Origin: Neodothiora populina
Lineage: Eukaryota
Length of the DNA stretch: 64,000 nt
Assembly: GCF_041146345.1 (NCBI RefSeq)
Contig: NW_027191410.1
Span: forward strand, 310,001-374,000
Direction: 5' to 3'
Shown here: positions 62,276 through 64,000 of the stretch, piece after piece
Numbering within the stretch: the stretch's first letter is position 1
Layout of the letters: each line of letters begins with the position of its first letter
Position numbers and translations under genes: made by a program
The notes under the pieces: model-generated
Seen by the model: the letters and a program-made list of their open reading frames with translations, nothing else
Told to the model about the DNA's origin: nothing
The model's database searches: none

Positions 62276-62694
62276 AGGACTAGGAGGGAGGGAGCATCAG
62301 GGGAGTATGTGTGTCATCTTTCTAGTGATAGGAAAAGTAAGGTAGTGGACAAGACATAAAAACTTCCTTGTGAGAGTAGGACCTCGACAGTCAAACAACC
62401 ACAACTTTTCGCTTTGCTATCGGTGACTCCGGTGGTCTGGTCTGGGTCATGAGACCTTTAAGTTGCATTTGCGTAAAGGGGGTTTCCATCATTTTTGGAA
62501 TTCCTGTATATCGTAGAGGACAAGACTTTTTCGTCCTTTGCTAAAGCTTTTAAATATCGTTCTTGTGGGAGGCGGCAATGATGATAAAAGCCTACATCTG
62601 TCCCAGCGCGCAGGGAAAAGCTGCCATGGTCGACCTCCACTTCTATCCCATCATTGACTCTTTGCCATCTATAACGTGGCTGCAGGTCTGACAC

Positions 62695-64000
62695 CTATAA
62701 GCTCAGAGTCTCAGTCTTGGCGGCAATGGTCTCAACGGCGCTGCTCTGGCTCTTCGCAATCTTCTCCTTGACCTCCTTCTCCAGGTTCTCCATGGAGATG
62801 GGCACACCGTCCTTCTCCGGGTGTCCATCAGGCAGACCCATCTCCTTGAACTTTGCCTGACCGGCCTTGAGCTCCTCCTCGCCGAGGATAATAGCAAAGG
62901 GAACGCCGTTGGTCTCGGCAGCCTTGAACTGCTGTGGTAGCTTGGGCTTGACCTTCCAGCTGAACTCGGCCTTGACGCCGGCGTCCCACAGACGTTTGGC
63001 CACCGCCATTCGCTGGGGCAGCAGGCCGTCGAAGCCCTTGCCGCCGAATGCCATGACGTAGACGTCGACCTCGTTTGTTCGCACCGCCTTGGCGCTGGCG
63101 TCGGCCTCCATGCGCGACTTGGTGATGCTGAAGATGCGCTCGACGCCGAAGGAGATGCCGACGCAGGGCACGTTTTGCTTGCCGCTGAACATGCCCACGA
63201 GTTCGTCGTAGCGACCTCCTGCGGCGATGGAGCCGACACCAACGCTCGGGTCGTTGCTGCGGTCCTCGTCGTCGTTCTTGGGCTTGCCTTCCTTCTTGGC
63301 CTTTGCGGCGCCGGCTGAGCTAGCCTTGGGTGCTGAGCCTTCGGTGACGACTTCGTAGATGACGCCAGTGTAGTAGTCGAGACCGCGTGCTAGTGACATG
63401 TCGAAGGAGATGTGGTTGAGGACGCCGAAGCTCTCGAGATAGTTGAAGAGGAGCTCCATGTTCTCGAGGCCGAGCTTGGCAGATTCGTTCGAGAAGAGAG
63501 TGTCGTCGGCCTTGAGGTCGGCGAGGAGCTCTCGTCCTCCCTTGCGCACAACGTACTTGCCAATCTTGTCTGCCACTTCCTCGTCCAGGCCCTTGTCGAC
63601 GACCATCTCCTTCTTGACTTCCTCCCACGGCAGCTTGTCCAACTTGTCGACGGCTGATGAAATGGTTCTCAGCTTGTCCTGTGGCACACCGCAGACGGAG
63701 AATATGCCGTCTAGGATCTTTCGGTGGTTGATCTTGATTGTGTATCTGCCGTTCCAGCCCAGATCGTCAAAGATCTCGCACGCTATCCTCAGGATCTCGG
63801 CGTCGGGGAGCATGGGGTCGTACTGTCCGGCAATGTCGAAGTCACACTGGTAGAACTCTCGCATGCGGCCCTTGGTCATGGCGGGCTGGTCGCGTCGGTA
63901 GACCTTGGCGATGTGGTAACGCTTGATGCTCTGGACGGACGAGTTCATTGCCAGCCACCTGGCAAAGGGGACAGTCAGGTCGTAGCGCAGGGAGCACAGT
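62695..64000 (-). CDS. HTS1: Histidyl-tRNA synthetase, 5' part outside the window
   Basis: [40 protein letters not shown] and AAGGRYD. Confidence 0.96.
   Translation of the reverse strand, partial: LCSLRYDLTVPFARWLAMNSSVQSIKRYHIAKVYRRDQPAMTKGRMREFYQCDFDIAGQYDPMLPDAEILRIACEIFDDLGWNGRYTIKINHRKILDGIFSVCGVPQDKLRTISSAVDKLDKLPWEEVKKEMVVDKGLDEEVADKIGKYVVRKGGRELLADLKADDTLFSNESAKLGLENMELLFNYLESFGVLNHISFDMSLARGLDYYTGVIYEVVTEGSAPKASSAGAAKAKKEGKPKNDDEDRSNDPSVGVGSIAAGGRYDELVGMFSGKQNVPCVGISFGVERIFSITKSRMEADASAKAVRTNEVDVYVMAFGGKGFDGLLPQRMAVAKRLWDAGVKAEFSWKVKPKLPQQFKAAETNGVPFAIILGEEELKAGQAKFKEMGLPDGHPEKDGVPISMENLEKEVKEKIAKSQSSAVETIAAKTETLSL

Noticed and set aside
1..64000. Transposons, CRISPR arrays, RIP-like AT-rich tracts and TGA-CTA readthrough motifs
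   Set aside because: None seen. Composition is uniform, and the stop contexts I checked are ordinary.

Overview
Gene-dense, intron-containing DNA from a filamentous ascomycete (Pezizomycotina; Eurotiomycetes is my guess from protein style). Short GT..AG introns with CTRAC branch sites are used throughout. About 32 protein-coding genes are supported. Most are conserved housekeeping genes: CCDC47-like, SSN3, NBP35, SEN2, CAX4, SRF1, RPB9, PRCC-like, ZUO1, RRP45, SYF2, VPS51, CLP1, SER1, MRP7, MRPL15, IDP1, CWC24, PAL1, USB1, CKS1, ERO1, CIA2, RCR-like, GPALPP1-like, VPS8 and HTS1. A few are accessory: a degenerate secreted lipase, an unknown multi-TM protein, a PTH11-like receptor and a secreted PEBP. 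CKS1 is absent from the ORF track because its four exons are small. The most interesting signal is an unusually long RPB9 intron that encodes an in-frame alternative C-terminus (CxxC-x5-CxxC plus an acidic tail), suggesting two Rpb9 isoforms. Other oddities: a frameshift in the PRCC-like gene, a CAX4 intron lacking a canonical acceptor, and an IDP1 with signals for three compartments. No tRNA, rRNA, transposon or CRISPR was recognised. Product calls come from motif recognition by eye, not database searches.
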